64,000 nucleotides of DNA from Octopus bimaculoides (Eukaryota). The position numbers were made by a program, and so were the translations under genes. The notes under the pieces were generated by a model. The model saw only the letters and a list, made by a program, of their open reading frames with translations, did no database searches and had not been told where the DNA came from. The stretch lies in contig NC_068998.1 in the NCBI RefSeq assembly GCF_001194135.2, positions 10,060,750 to 10,124,749 on the forward strand. Reading direction: 5' to 3'. This document shows, in pieces, positions 36,991-50,430 of the stretch; positions within the stretch are counted from its first letter, which is position 1; each line of letters begins with the position of its first letter.

Positions 36991-37831
36991 TTTAATTTAC
37001 TACCATATTATTAATGAAATGGCTGTCTGCGAACTTTCTAGATAATAAGATTGGATGCAAAGATTTGTAATAGAAAGAATGTATAACACTGATTATGAAT
37101 GTCAATNNNNNNNNNNNNNNNNNNNNNNNNNNNNNNNNNNNNNNNNNNNNNNNNNNNNNNNNNNNNNNNNNNNNNNNNNNNNNNNNNNNNNNNNNNNNNN
37201 NNNNNNNNNNNNNNNNNNNNNNNNNNNNNNNNNNNNNNNNNNNNNNNNNNNNNNNNNNNNNNNNNNNNNNNNNNNNNNNNNNNNNNNNNNNNNNNNNNNN
37301 NNNNNNNNNNNNNNNNNNNNNNNNNNNNNNNNNNNNNNNNNNNNNNNNNNNNNNNNNNNNNNNNNNNNNNNNNNNNNNNNNNNNNNNNNNNNNNNNNNNN
37401 NNNNNNNNNNNNNNNNNNNNNNNNNNNNNNNNNNNNNNNNNNNNNNNNNNNNNNNNNNNNNNNNNNNNNNNNNNNNNNNNNNNNNNNNNNNNNNNNNNNN
37501 NNNNNNNNNNNNNNNNNNNNNNNNNNNNNNNNNNNNNNNNNNNNNNNNNNNNNNNNNNNNNNNNNNNNNNNNNNNNNNNNNNNNNNNNNNNNNNNNNNNN
37601 NNNNNNNNNNNNNNNNNNNNNNNNNNNNNNNNNNNNNNNNNNNNNNNNNNNNNNNNNNNNNNNNNNNNNNNNNNNNNNNNNNNNNNNNNNNNNNNNNNNN
37701 NNNNNNNNNNNNNNNNNNNNNNNNNNNNNNNNNNNNNNNNNNNNNNNNNNNNNNNNNNNNNNNNNNNNNNNNNNNNNNNNNNNNNNNNNNNNNNNNNNNN
37801 NNNNNNNNNNNNNNNNNNNNNNNNNNNNNNN

Positions 37832-38106
37832 TGTACCCTTAACGTAGTTCTCGGGGAGATTCAGCGTGACACAGTGTGACAAGGCTGACCCTTTGAATTA
37901 CAGGCACAACAGAAACAGGAAGTAAGATTGAGAGAAAGTTGTGGTGGAAGAGTACAGCAGGGTTCGCCACCATCCCCTGCCGGAGCCTCGTGGAGCTTTA
38001 GGTGTTTTCGCTCAATAAACACTCACAACGCCCGGTCTGGGAATCGAAAATACGATCCTATGACCGCGAATACGCTGCCCTAACCACTGGGCCATTGCGC
38101 CTCCAC
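37832..38106 (-). mobile_element. SINE family C (3' end in gap)
   Basis: Matches 34050-34322 including the tRNA-like head. Confidence 0.9.
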
Positions 38107-38659
38107 GGCGGAACTTGAACTCAGATTGTAACGACGGACGAAATGCTGCTAAGCATTTTGCCAAGCATGCTAACGATTCTGCTTCTCGCCACCTTCTTAA
38201 CAACAATACGCACGCACGTACGCACGCATGCACATGCACAAAACACACGGACTGGTCACGGCGCTTGATTCATATATGTCTGTTCAATGAAGGTTATCTT
38301 GATACTGAACGAAAACCAGCAACGATAACTACAATAATGACGACGTAAAAAAAGAGTCAGGTTAAGACACTCCTTAGCCCGATGCAGACGATTTGCAAAC
38401 CAGACGACTTATAATATTACAGCGTTTCTCAATTTATTGTGAATGGCTTTTGTGAATGTATCAGAGAAATGATTGATTATATGGCTGCGTGCGTGTGTGT
38501 GTGTGTGTGCCCACACTAAGATGTAGATGCGTGTGTGAGTACATAAATATGAGTATGTATGTATAATGATGAAGGACATCTATTTCATCAGCTAACTTTT
38601 CCAGAGGCAAAACGATTTGTACACACACACTCGCTCACTCACTATCCCTCACGCACGCG

Positions 38660-38717
<58 letters not shown>

Positions 38718-38723
<6 letters not shown>

Positions 38724-38939
38724 GTTCAAACAAGAAAAACGACAAAAAAAAACAACAATGCGAGGACGTGATACAGATACTGTGTTACTGGACGCTCAGG
38801 AAAGGAAAGAAAGAGAACCTGACGTTTCGAGCGGAGCTCTTCGTCGGAAATATAGGAAAGTCCAAAGAAGAGAAGACGGAGGAAGAAAAGATCGCCAACG
38901 ATATACACGAGGTTACATTGTGGAATATGTAACGGAGTG
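38718..38939 (-). mobile_element. Penelope-like remnant with hammerhead-like motif, ending at (TA)n
   Basis: Minus strand UUU CCGACGA A GAGC ucc GCUC GAAA CGUC AGG at 38850-38818; shares sequence with 30781-30875. Confidence 0.6.
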
Positions 38940-41679
38940 NNNNNNNNNNNNNNNNNNNNNNNNNNNNNNNNNNNNNNNNNNNNNNNNNNNNNNNNNNNNN
39001 NNNNNNNNNNNNNNNNNNNNNNNNNNNNNNNNNNNNNNNNNNNNNNNNNNNNNNNNNNNNNNNNNNNNNNNNNNNNNNNNNNNNNNNNNNNNNNNNNNNN
39101 NNNNNNNNNNNNNNNNNNNNNNNNNNNNNNNNNNNNNNNNNNNNNNNNNNNNNNNNNNNNNNNNNNNNNNNNNNNNNNNNNNNNNNNNNNNNNNNNNNNN
39201 NNNNNNNNNNNNNNNNNNNNNNNNNNNNNNNNNNNNNNNNNNNNNNNNNNNNNNNNNNNNNNNNNNNNNNNNNNNNNNNNNNNNNNNNNNNNNNNNNNNN
39301 NNNNNNNNNNNNNNNNNNNNNNNNNNNNNNNNNNNNNNNNNNNNNNNNNNNNNNNNNNNNNNNNNNNNNNNNNNNNNNNNNNNNNNNNNNNNNNNNNNNN
39401 NNNNNNNNNNNNNNNNNNNNNNNNNNNNNNNNNNNNNNNNNNNNNNNNNNNNNNNNNNNNNNNNNNNNNNNNNNNNNNNNNNNNNNNNNNNNNNNNNNNN
39501 NNNNNNNNNNNNNNNNNNNNNNNNNNNNNNNNNNNNNNNNNNNNNNNNNNNNNNNNNNNNNNNNNNNNNNNNNNNNNNNNNNNNNNNNNNNNNNNNNNNN
39601 NNNNNNNNNNNNNNAGAGAGAGAGAGAGAGAGAGAGGAGGGTTGTATATAAGATATATACCTGAGTCGAATTTCTCTTCTTCAGACAACCTCACTTTTTC
39701 TTCCTCAGACCTCATTTATAATCAGTCTGTCTGTCTGTCTCTTTAATTATTTATTTCACTGATAAAATATAGATAATGAAATACTTGTCCTCAACGACTC
39801 ATATAGAATAATCTACTTAGTGTACACGTAACTTTCAACTTAAGTTTGTTTATCGACTAACGTTGATAACAAACAAATGGATTAAATTACTATATTCTTC
39901 TGACGATCTACCGTTACAAAGTCGTAACGTAATCGTCTATGGTAACAATTACAACATGGAAGTTTTGTTTTTGTTTTTCTGTAAAGCCATTTTACAATGT
40001 TACTCTACTACGTATTCAGATGTCTTGAATTTATTGATGATCCAGCAATTTTACAGGATATGGTTTTTTCACCCATTTTGTTTCTTTAAGTTGCCGCCTT
40101 CATATTAAACTATTTCACAGCTTGTAACTAACCAATTTCCATTTCGAAGTTGATTTAATAATTTAATTTTCATATCGAGAGAAATCAACTTCGACAGACA
40201 CATCTGCCTTAACGTAATCTACGAGTGGATCAGCATGGCACTATGCGGCAAGAACGGATCTTAATGAATTTCCTATTCGACGGGCTTCTGCACAGTTTCC
40301 TTTAACTCAATTTCAATTATTGGGTTGTTTCGAGGTTATGATTAACAACACTTATCCAATATGTCACGCAGTAACATCGAGCACCGGGCCTCTACGTACA
40401 AAAACAATACACGTTATGACTCATGTAAACATACATACGTACTCACAAACACACAAGGGTCCGAGAACAGGGGGTGCAAGTGCTCCCCCCCCCCCCAAAA
40501 AAAAATTTTGTGAGGATACAAGATTCTATACTGGACCCCCTACTTACCTTTCTCAGGCTTAGAAAATAATGTTTAAAAATTGATCAGTAATGAAAAGTTG
40601 CTGTGTATACAGACATGACAAGTAAATAGACACCCCACAAAACATCATTTTATGTTTATTCAAACTTGAAATGGTTTATATTTTTTATTAATTGATATTT
40701 TTTGTTAAATTGAATGTTCAACACACTTCGCCGTTTGAAGACCTGACTCCGTACCACAATGACACAAAACCGTCTGACACTGTGTTGTTAATGCATGAAC
40801 ATATAAACTTGTGCTATGAAAACACTTTGGACATCCTCTTGGAAAACTTCATCGCCAAAGCGAGCGAGTATAGAAAAGTTTTTGAAATGATTTGAAACAT
40901 TAGTTTTCCATGTATAATAATAAAAATAATATTATCATACCTATGTTTGCTTTCATATTAAGATTGAAAATAAATCGGCATTGTTTTTAAAAGAATATCG
41001 GACGTGAGTTTGCACCCCACCCCCAAGTAAATTTCGTTCCCGGACCACTGCACACAACCACACACTCACACACACACAAACACATAAGCACATACAAACA
41101 CGCACAAGCTCATACACATACACATACGTGCTGAGATACACGTACGTACGCATCAAATACGCACAAATACACACATGCACACACTACACGCGTACACACA
41201 CACTACACACGTACACACACACACACGCGCTGTGAGACATACACACGCAAACACACGTGCATGCACACATACAATCACACGTTATCAGAGACACGCGCAC
41301 ATATACACGGGTACGTACGCACACATATAAACACACACACACACACATCACAACGTGTCAACGAGGTCAGCCAATATATTTGTTGTCAAGCTTCTCTTGT
41401 TAGTTTTCATGACAGTAAGAAACCTCATCTGACCAACTTCCTTTTAACTTTGTGTTGACATAGAAACCAACCACAAATCATCTTTGTTTTTGCGTGCTGC
41501 TGTTGTTGCTGTTGTAGTAATTTGTATTGGTCTTCACTAAGTGCATGACATTGTGTCTAGTGTATATGGCTGCCTAAGTTTGTATGTGTGTGTGTGTGTG
41601 TGTGTTGTGTTGTGTTGTATACGCAAGCGTTTTTGTATGTGCATGTTTATAGGCGTATGTGTGTGTGATTATGTATGTA

Positions 41680-41900
41680 TGTATGTCTATCTTCTGTATG
41701 CGTAGGTCTTTAGGTAGGTGTGTGTGTGTGTGTGTGTGCATATGTGTGACCTCTGTATGCGTATGTCTTTGTGTGTGTGTGTGCCCTCTGTGCAGTACGT
41801 CTTTAGGTGTGTGCGTATATGTGCATATGTGTCTCCTCTGTATGCGTATGTCTTTAGGTATGTGTGTGTTTGTGTGTGTATGTCTTTAGGTGTGTGTGTG
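41680..41900. repeat. Degenerate minisatellite built on (TG)n
   Basis: Recurring ctctgtatgcgtatgtctttaggtgtgtg-like unit, 4-5 copies. Confidence 0.75.
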
Positions 41901-42744
41901 TGAGTAACGTAGATAGGTAAGGGTGTTGGGGAGGGCGTCCCTTTTAAGGTGGAGGCACTTTTGAGTCTGCTGTACAAGCCTAGGCTTATACCCTATCCTC
42001 AGTGTGTAGGGGTGTCAAACTCAAGAGATCTCCCGGGTGGCACACACTCTAGCTACGCCGCTAGTGTGTATATGCGCGCGCGCTGGTGCATATGTGTCGT
42101 CTGCCTGTACGAGTGTTCGTACGTACATGTGTGTGTATATGTGAGCGTCTTTGCACTGTGTGTGTATGTATGTCTACTTGCATTGGTTTCTGTACGTGCA
42201 TGTGTATGTATGTGCTTTTATTTTACTTTTCATTCTTAACATCGACGTCTTCTTTTTAAATTCTTATTGTTATTCGTTTTTTTTTTTCCTTGTTTTGTTT
42301 TCTTTAACAATGACAATCGATAGTTGAAACTTGACCAGATTGTAATTTATACCTTGTTCTTTCTCTTCTCTGATACATTTACCCACCCAGATGACCGATA
42401 GCTCATATAACAATCCATAACTCATTAGTAGAGCTTCAATTTCTTCGTCGTTATATGTTTTTGTTTCTTTCTTTCATGGTTTATTCGTTTGTATGATTCA
42501 TGTTTCATCGTCGCCATTATACAATGGCAGCCGTCGCCAGCTTTTTTTAATACTTCTCTGACAACAACGAAAGGCAACAGGCCAACGTGGGAGGCCTGTA
42601 CATGGTCGGTTGTCTTCCGATTTGCTAGGAGACAAGTAAACCAGATCCATCTCAGTTTCCTCACACACACGCGAGCGAGAGANNNNNNNNNNAGGTGTGG
42701 GGGGGGGGGGAGAACACCCCTAGATAAAACAGTCCTGCAAGCAT

Positions 42745-42933
42745 AGTTTTGTGGTTAAGAAAAACACTTTATAGCCGTGTGGTTCCTAGTTCTGACTGAA
42801 CAGGCCGGCACCTTGGGTAGCTGTCTTCTACTATAGAGACAGACCGGCCGATATCTTGTGAGTAAATTTGGTAGACGAAAACTGTGGAAGCCCGTGTGTG
42901 TTGTGTGTGTATGTATGTATGTATGTATGTATG
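42745..42933 (+). mobile_element. SINE family B 5' half, diverged
   Basis: ggcaccttgggtagctgtcttctactatag...ggtagacgaaaactgtggaagcccgtg, then (TATG)n. Confidence 0.7.
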
Positions 42934-42952
42934 TATTAAAAATGGGGAAAGC

Positions 42953-43152
42953 CGGTTTATGTGATTACCTTAGGTTTCCCGTCCATAAAGGGTTTAGCTT
43001 TATGGTGTATCGTCAAATCCCAAAACCTGTTTGCTCAAGACTTCTTTAAAATATTTTAAGAGGTCTTGAGCCAACAGGTTTTTATGATCTGACGATACGC
43101 CATAAAGCTAAACCCTTTATGGACGGGAAACCTAAGGTAATCCCATAAACCG
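42953..43152. repeat. 200-bp palindrome with no spacer (MITE-like foldback)
   Basis: 100-bp arms about 90% identical, with a 43-bp perfect block; centre aaaat|atttt at 43052/43053. Confidence 0.9.
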
Positions 43153-43225
43153 CCCCTTCCTCTTTTTAATATATACTGCTCTACATCTTAGAGTGTGCTT
43201 CTTTCGGATTTATGTTTTTTACAAA

Positions 43226-43276
<51 letters not shown>

Positions 43277-43764
43277 ATCCGTTTAGAGAAAAATTTGTAG
43301 TTTAGAATCAGTAGTTCTTTGACTGCTATTTCTAAATTTTCAGTATGTTGGAGAAGCAACTCAATGCTAATCCCTGTATATTTATGATAGATAGATAGAT
43401 AGATAATCAGTAATGGTTTTAGCAGTATAATTGTTGTTGTTGTTATTGCTTTTCAAATCTGGCCTCGTTAGATAACAATTAATGTCAACGGGGTCTTCCA
43501 ACATAAAAAAAACCCCCGTTCCCCTCATCTCAAAAGTAGTCTTTTCTGCTAATAACAGATTCTGTGATGTTCTTTACAGATTAGTAACCGCTAAGATTAG
43601 TTTAACATAGCGTACAACGAGAGTTCTTTTACTCACAAGCAAATTCAGTCTCGCATGTTTTTAAAAGATATGACACGGCACCATTCAACGATGTTACAAC
43701 TCAAGACAGTAAAAGCATTGTGATGCTAGATGCAAAACCATGTCATAATTAATTCTTTCTAATT

Positions 43765-43941
43765 TTTGGCACAAGGCCACCAATTCTGAGAGGTGGGGAA
43801 GTCAGTTCAATGCTCAACTAGTACTTATTTTACCAACCCGAATGGATGAAAGGCAAAGTTGACCTCGCGTAAAAAGCCAGAAGAAATGCCGCTAAGCATT
43901 TCGTTCGGCACGCGCTAACGATTCAGCCAGCTCACCGCCTT
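43765..43941 (-). mobile_element. SINE family A monomer, diverged
   Basis: ggatgaaaggcaaagttgacctcg...gccgctaagcatttcg...gccagctcaccgcctt. Confidence 0.75.
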
Positions 43942-44508
43942 ACACCATGTCATAATTAATAATTATCAATTAATGCTGTTCTTGTTCCACAGACCAAAAC
44001 AGGTTTAAAAAGATGATTCACAGTAACCTGTCACTGCGCCAGCTAACAAAGATCACACTTCTCTTTCAGACGTGAAAATTCTATTTTCTTATATTTCTTG
44101 AGATTTTCTCCCACTTTTCTTAGCGACCCACAGACGTTAGCCGTTAGGCTTTTGTTTTCTTTCTTCAACCAAGAACCAAATTTCAATTATATGTCATCTC
44201 TCATGAGTAGATCCTATAATTAAATGCGTTTTGGGCCTGACCGTCCCATTTATACACGTATATGAATGTGTGCATGCGTGCATGTGTGTGTGTGCATGCA
44301 TGCGTGTGGATGTGTGTGTGTGCATGTGCGTGCGTGAGTGCATGAGTGTGTGAGCGTGTTTATTCAATGTGCAATGCATTTAAGACGGTTGGTGGGATAT
44401 GAGGGAGATATGGCTCCAAATTTTTATTAGAGAAATGAGACGGGACGGTCACAGAGTGACTATTCATAAGGTCTACCGGATCAGGGTTGGCCTGAAATTA
44501 CAATAACC

Positions 44509-44906
44509 TTTTCTTCTCTGGGCACAAGGCCCGAAATTTTTGGGGAGGTGGGGTGGGGAGCAGTCGATTAGATCGACCCCAGTACTTAAGTTATCGACCC
44601 CGAAAGGATGAAAGGCAAAGTCGACCTCGGCGGAATTTGAACTCAGGGCGTTAAGACAGACGAAATACCTATTTCGTTATCGTTATTGCCCACAAGGGGC
44701 TAAACATAGAGGGAACAAATAAGAACAGACGAACGGATTAAGTCGATTACATCGACCCTAGTGCGTAACTGGTACTTAATTTATCGACCCCGAAAGGATG
44801 AAAGGCAAAGTCGACCTCGGCGGAATTTGAACTCAGAACGTAACGGCAAACGAAATACCGCTAAGCATTTCGCCCGGTGTGCTAACGTTTCTGCCAGCTC
44901 GCTGCC
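44509..44906 (-). mobile_element. Dimeric SINE family A, variant junction
   Basis: Two monomers as at 10967 and 36561, but the second monomer starts later, at ggtatttcgtctg. Confidence 0.85.
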
Positions 44907-45448
44907 TTCCAACAGTTACAATAACGGTAATCAAAGACGCTTCATAATGTCGCTCGGACGAGGTCACAATGGTACTACTACTACAACTACTACCACCACC
45001 ACCAACACCACTACCAACCAATACTACTACTATTACTACTGCAGCTACAACTATTACTGCATACTAACGTCGGTACCACAACCACCACCATCACTCCCAT
45101 CGTCCCACCAGTAATCACCCTCGTTACAGAAACTACAAGGTCTCTGTGTGACAAGAGACAACAGTTGTGCTGTTAGTTGAGACGTGAGCTAGATTCTTTC
45201 TAACAGGGCAGAGAATCTTGTAATATCTCACTCCAGCCACCACCATCACCAACGTCACCCACAACTACATCAACATTCCTCGTCACTTCTTCCAAACTGA
45301 ATTACTTTACACATACCTCTTATTTATTGTTACATGGCTGCAACTATAAGCTATAATCCACACATACATCTTATATGCTACACACACACTATCACCACCA
45401 CTGTCATCATTAACGTCACTTATTTCTTTCAATATTTCGACAGATTAA

Positions 45449-45905
45449 GGGTGGCGAGGTAGCGAAATCGTTATAGAGTCGGGAATAATGCTTAACGGCA
45501 TTTCCTCCGACTGTACGTTCTGAGTTCAAATTCCGCCGAGGTCGACTTTGCCTTTCGTCGTTTCGGGGGTCGATGAAAAGAGTATCAGTCAAGCACTGGG
45601 GCCAATGTAATCGACTATCCCTTTCCCCACAAAAAAACTTTGCCTTTCATCCTTTCGGGGTCGATAAAATAAGTATCTGTTGAGTACTGGGGTCGATTTA
45701 ATCGACTTAACTCCTCCCTCGAAATTGCTGGGGTTGTGCCAAAATTTGAAATCAATATCTTTATGGATTTTGGGCGGTGAGCTGGCAGAAATGTTAGCAC
45801 GCCGGGTGAAATGCTTAGCGGTATTTCGTCTGTCTTTATGTTCTGAGTTCAAATTCCGCCGAGGTCGACTTTGCCTTTCATCCTTTCGGGGTCGATAAAT
45901 TAATT
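45449..45905 (+). mobile_element. Cluster of SINE family A copies
   Basis: Two heads (about 45449 and 45773) and three gcctttc...ggggtcgat bodies. Confidence 0.8.
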
Positions 45906-47982
45906 TTGTAAATCCATACGATGACAGCATCCATACACGGGCTATAGAAGAAGCAATTCACGCTCACCAAGAAGAAACATACGCGACAACGTGCTTGATA
46001 ATGTTTTTATCAGACTAGTGCTGCTTCTCTTCCATATTTGCATTTATTCTTACGCATACATTGTTTGGGCAAAGCCGCATATAGTCTTGCACGCCATGAG
46101 CATATAAGTCGTAACCTGGCGAAGCGACTCACCTCCAATCCTGGTCAGGTACGTGATGTTGACAAGCCACAAAAAACGACGAAACATCAATGTCCATCAC
46201 TCCTAGACGAGGACGAGATTAAGGGTGAGTTATCTCACCCCGCCNNNNNNNNNNNNNNNNNNNNNNNNNNNNNNNNNNNNNNNNNNNNNNNNNNNNNNNN
46301 NNNNNNNNNNNNNNNNNNNNNNNNNNNNNNNNNNNNNNNNNNNNNNNNNNNNNNNNNNNNNNNNNNNNNNNNNNNNNNNNNNNNNNNNNNNNNNNNNNNN
46401 NNNNNNNNNNNNNNNNNNNNNNNNNNNNNNNNNNNNNNNNNNNNNNNNNNNNNNNNNNNNNNNNNNNNNNNNNNNNNNNNNNNNNNNNNNNNNNNNNNNN
46501 NNNNNNNNNNNNNNNNNNNNNNNNNNNNNNNNNNNNNNNNNNNNNNNNNNNNNNNNNNNNNNNNNNNNNNNNNNNNNNNNNNNNNNNNNNNNNNNNNNNN
46601 NNNNNNNNNNNNNNNNNNNNNNNNNNNNNNNNNNNNNNNNNNNNNNNNNNNNNNNNNNNNNNNNNNNNNNNNNNNNNNNNNNNNNNNNNNNNNNNNNNNN
46701 NNNNNNNNNNNNNNNNNNNNNNNNNNNNNNNNNNNNNNNNNNNNNNNNNNNNNNNNNNNNNNNNNNNNNNNNNNNNNNNNNNNNNNNNNNNNNNNNNNNN
46801 NNNNNNNNNNNNNNNNNNNNNNNNNNNNNNNNNNNNNNNNNNNNNNNNNNNNNNNNNNNNNNNNNNNNNNNNNNNNNNNNNNNNNNNNNNNNNNNNNNNN
46901 NNNNNNNNNNNNNNNNNNNNNNNNNNNNNNNNNNNNNNNNNNNNNNNNNNNNNNNNNNNNNNNNNNNNNNNNNNNNNNNNNNNNNNNNNNNNNNNNNNNN
47001 NNNNNNNNNNNNNNNNNNNNNNNNNNNNNNNNNNNNNTTTCGCACATACACACTCACAAAAGACTTGTGTTAAAGGATGAGACAGACGCGTCTTTGTGAC
47101 AACACTGATAGCTTAGTTTATTAACAGAGAATTTCTAATTCTGCTTTAATTATTTGTTCGTTTCGACTTCTGGGAAACAGCTTGAAATACAGCAACACTT
47201 TTGTTGTGTAGTTTCGTGGGGGGGGGGGCGTACCTATATGGATATATGCGTGTGATGTGTGTCTGTATCTGTATGCGCACACATATAAGTAAGCTAATCT
47301 ATAGATTGTTTTGCAAGAATATACGCTGTTGTGTTTGTTGTATTTCCCCAGTCAGGCTTCGTCGAAAAGCTCCATTTATGATCAACAGTGCCTCAACTGT
47401 GACCAATATATATTTGTTTTCCATTCATTATAGCAAACTTACAAGTTCTGCGCGTAAAGCGAGTTTAGTTGTTATTCTAGTGTTATCTGTACAGATTGTG
47501 TACCAGCCTGTACTAATATGTAGTATATTGGAGAATATGTCATGACGTACTTTTTCTTAGTGTGTGTGTGTGTTTGTGTTTATATATGTATAATTGAGGC
47601 ATTTTGATGCCAGAGCAATTTGGATACAGTCTTCAGGGTCCAATCAATTTTGTTGAAGGGTTGAATTGAATAACTACTTAAATCTACTTAAACAAAGCAA
47701 AAACATGTGTGTCAGAAAAATAAGGTTAACGCGGGTAATAGTCAACTGACTAATAATATCTGTTTAGTCACCAGACCAAAATTGTAGTTCAAAATGGCGT
47801 GACGTCTCCTAAACATGTCCATTACATTGGAAAGATGCAGTGTTGCCAGTAGAAAAATCTCTGTCGTACCAAGGAACACGCTCTTTATATAATTTTCCTT
47901 ATGTCTAATGAGTCCTCATTACCCCCAAGAATTTCATTTTTACTCCACTTGGGGTAATTTACCCGGGTTCGCGGACTCCTGG

Positions 47983-48217
47983 TCGAGCTGGCAGAAACGT
48001 TAGCACGCCGGGCGAAATGCTAAGCGGTATTTCGTCTGCCGCTACGTTCTGAGTTCAAATTCCGCCGAAGTTGACTTTACCTTTCATCCTTTCGGGGTCG
48101 ATTAAATAAGTACCAGTTACGCACTGGGGTCGATATAATCGACTTGATCCGTTTGTCTGTCCTTGTTTGTCCCCTGTGTGTGTAGCCCAGCCCCTTGTGG
48201 GCAGTAAAGAAATAAGA
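47983..48217 (+). mobile_element. SINE family A monomer
   Basis: gagctggcagaaacgttagcacgccgggcgaaatg through ccccttgtgggcagtaaagaaataag. Confidence 0.9.
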
Positions 48218-48329
48218 ACTGGACGGAATGTTTATATCGGAAGCTAGTGGCGGCGGAGGCGGCGATGGCAGCGATGTCGGACGTAAAGAGAAAGCGTCTT
48301 GCTCGCTGCACTTGTGTCAAATTAAAGAT

Positions 48330-48596
48330 ATATTAATGACAACGATGATGAAGACGATGATGATGATGGTGACGATAATGATGACAATGACTATGATGGA
48401 GGTGGTGGTGGAAGTGATGACGATGATTGTGACGACGACGACGATAATAATAATAATAAGGATGATAAATGATGGTCGTGGTGATACTACTGTTGATGAT
48501 GATGATAATGATGAAGGCGACGATGATGGTAATGATATCCATGATGACGATGATAGTGGTGGTGGTGATGACGATGATAAACATGATAGCAGCAGC

Positions 48597-48627
<31 letters not shown>

Positions 48628-48726
48628 ATGGTGGTAGTAGTAGTAGTAGTAGTAGTGATGGTGGTAGTAGTAGTAGTAGTAGTAGTAGAAGTAGTAGTGA
48701 TGGTGGTAGTAGTAGTAGTGGTGGCG

Positions 48727-48776
<50 letters not shown>

Positions 48777-48798
48777 GGTGATGGTGGTAGTAGTAGTA
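48330..48798. repeat. (GAT)n/(AGT)n/(GGT)n low-complexity tract
   Basis: Direct reading; source of the poly-Ser, poly-Asp and poly-Thr ORFs. Confidence 0.9.
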
Positions 48799-49232
48799 NN
48801 NNNNNNNNNNNNNNNNNNNNNNNNNNNNNNNNNNNNNNNNNNNNNNNNNNNNNNNNNNNNNNNNNNNNNNNNNNNNNNNNNNNNNNNNNNNNNNNNNNNN
48901 NNNNNNNNNNNNNNNNNNNNNNNNNNNNNNNNNNNNNNNNNNNNNNNNNNNNNNNNNNNNNNNNNNNNNNNNNNNNNNNNNNNNNNNNNNNNNNNNNNNN
49001 NNNNNNNNNNNNNNNNNNNNNNNNNNNNNNNNNNNNNNNNNNNNNNNNNNNNNNNNNNNNNNNNNNNNNNNNNNNNNNNNNNNNNNNNNNNNNNNNNNNN
49101 NNNNNNNNNNNNNNNNNNNNNNNNNNNNNNNNNNNNNNNNNNNNNNNNNNNNNNNNNNNNNNNNNNNNNNNNNNNNNNNNNNNNNNNNNNNNNNNNNNNN
49201 NNNNNNNNNNNNNNNNNNNNNNNNNNNNNNNN

Positions 49233-49552
49233 ATAATAGAAAGGTTTATTAGCTACTGCCAATATGCTTCAGCCATTTTTTGACAAGGAAATAATAATTT
49301 TATCACCGCCAGAATCGTTTGAGAATCGTTTTTTACGTAGTCAGCACTTAATTTTTACGGCTGAATGGACGTCAGTCATTGGTTGAAATTACAGAAATAC
49401 GACAACTTTAACATGAAATAACTTGCGATGTACGTTTTTTTGTTAAGAAGACTAAGAGAAAAAGATGTTTTATATGACACATTCTACCAGTGTCCCAAGT
49501 TTCAAAGTGTTTCGTTAAGAAAATACTGGTGCCCCTGTTTTGAACAAGATCC
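49233..49552. mobile_element. Right half of a second copy of the 19360-20011 element
   Basis: Near identical to about 19700-20011, ending gttttgaacaagatcc; the left half lies in the gap. Confidence 0.9.
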
Positions 49553-50374
49553 AAATATTCTTATTGGTAACTAGCTTAAAAGTCGCACTCCGTGCAGTAG
49601 CCATGTGATTAGAGTCGTTGCAGCCGCGACTATCCTGCCTTTTATTTTTAGTCAGTATATCTGAGGTTAATCACAGATAGCAGATATTAGCAACAAACAA
49701 GTAGCAATCTAGATTGGAAATGAAACAGGACAATATGTGAAGGACAAAACAGAACTACAGAATTGTGTGCTATCACCGAAACTATTCTTTTAGTTCATTT
49801 GGGTAGCATGCAATAAAAAGTAAAAATTGTCCAGAAAAGTCAACGAAACGAAATTGCGATAGAAACCGGACTTAACGACAGTAACATCCCATAATTTCAT
49901 GTACACAACGTATTACAACTACGAACTAGAAATTAGGAAAGAAGAAGTGATTGATTGGAGAGAAAAAGAAGGAAAATACGGACGTAGTAATTAATCCCAA
50001 AAAAGGATTGTGTCAATTTCAAATTACAACAATTTTTAATTATGGAGTGGGCTAACAAGTGTTTATATTAGCACTTGGAAATATTAGGGGGAAAAAGAGG
50101 AGGAGGAAGAGGAATAGGGGCGAGTGCAATGACTTACAGAGCGAAAGTGTGAGAGGCAAAACAGATATGCAGATACACAAACGGAGTTTTATTGAAATTT
50201 ATAAACTATGTATGTGTGTGTGCATGTACGCGCAACACACATATGTATATGCGCTCGGATACTCGCATGCATGAGCGCGCGCGCACACACTTATAATACA
50301 ATTGTGCATCTAAGTAAATTGAAGCACGTATCTATATAGACCACGTTGTGTCAATATATATCCCTTCCCTTATA

Positions 50375-50406
<32 letters not shown>

Positions 50407-50430
50407 CTTTATTTAAAAGCAGCAGAAATA

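Noticed and set aside
39660-39715. CUGAAGA and CUGAGGA on the minus strand as a possible hammerhead
   Set aside because: No GAAA after the putative stem II and no stem I or III.
46038-46244. Open frame ending LLDEDEIK before a gtgagt donor
   Set aside because: No good acceptor, no recognisable domain and the adjacent sequence is a gap; left uncalled.
47788-47810. Adjacent YY1-like (aaaatggcg) and CRE-like (tgacgtc) motifs
   Set aside because: Two short motifs with no supporting context.
48228-48798. Asp/Ser/Gly-rich ORF resembling a biomineral or structural protein
   Set aside because: Pure trinucleotide repeat, open in several frames on both strands, with no unique domain and no splice support.
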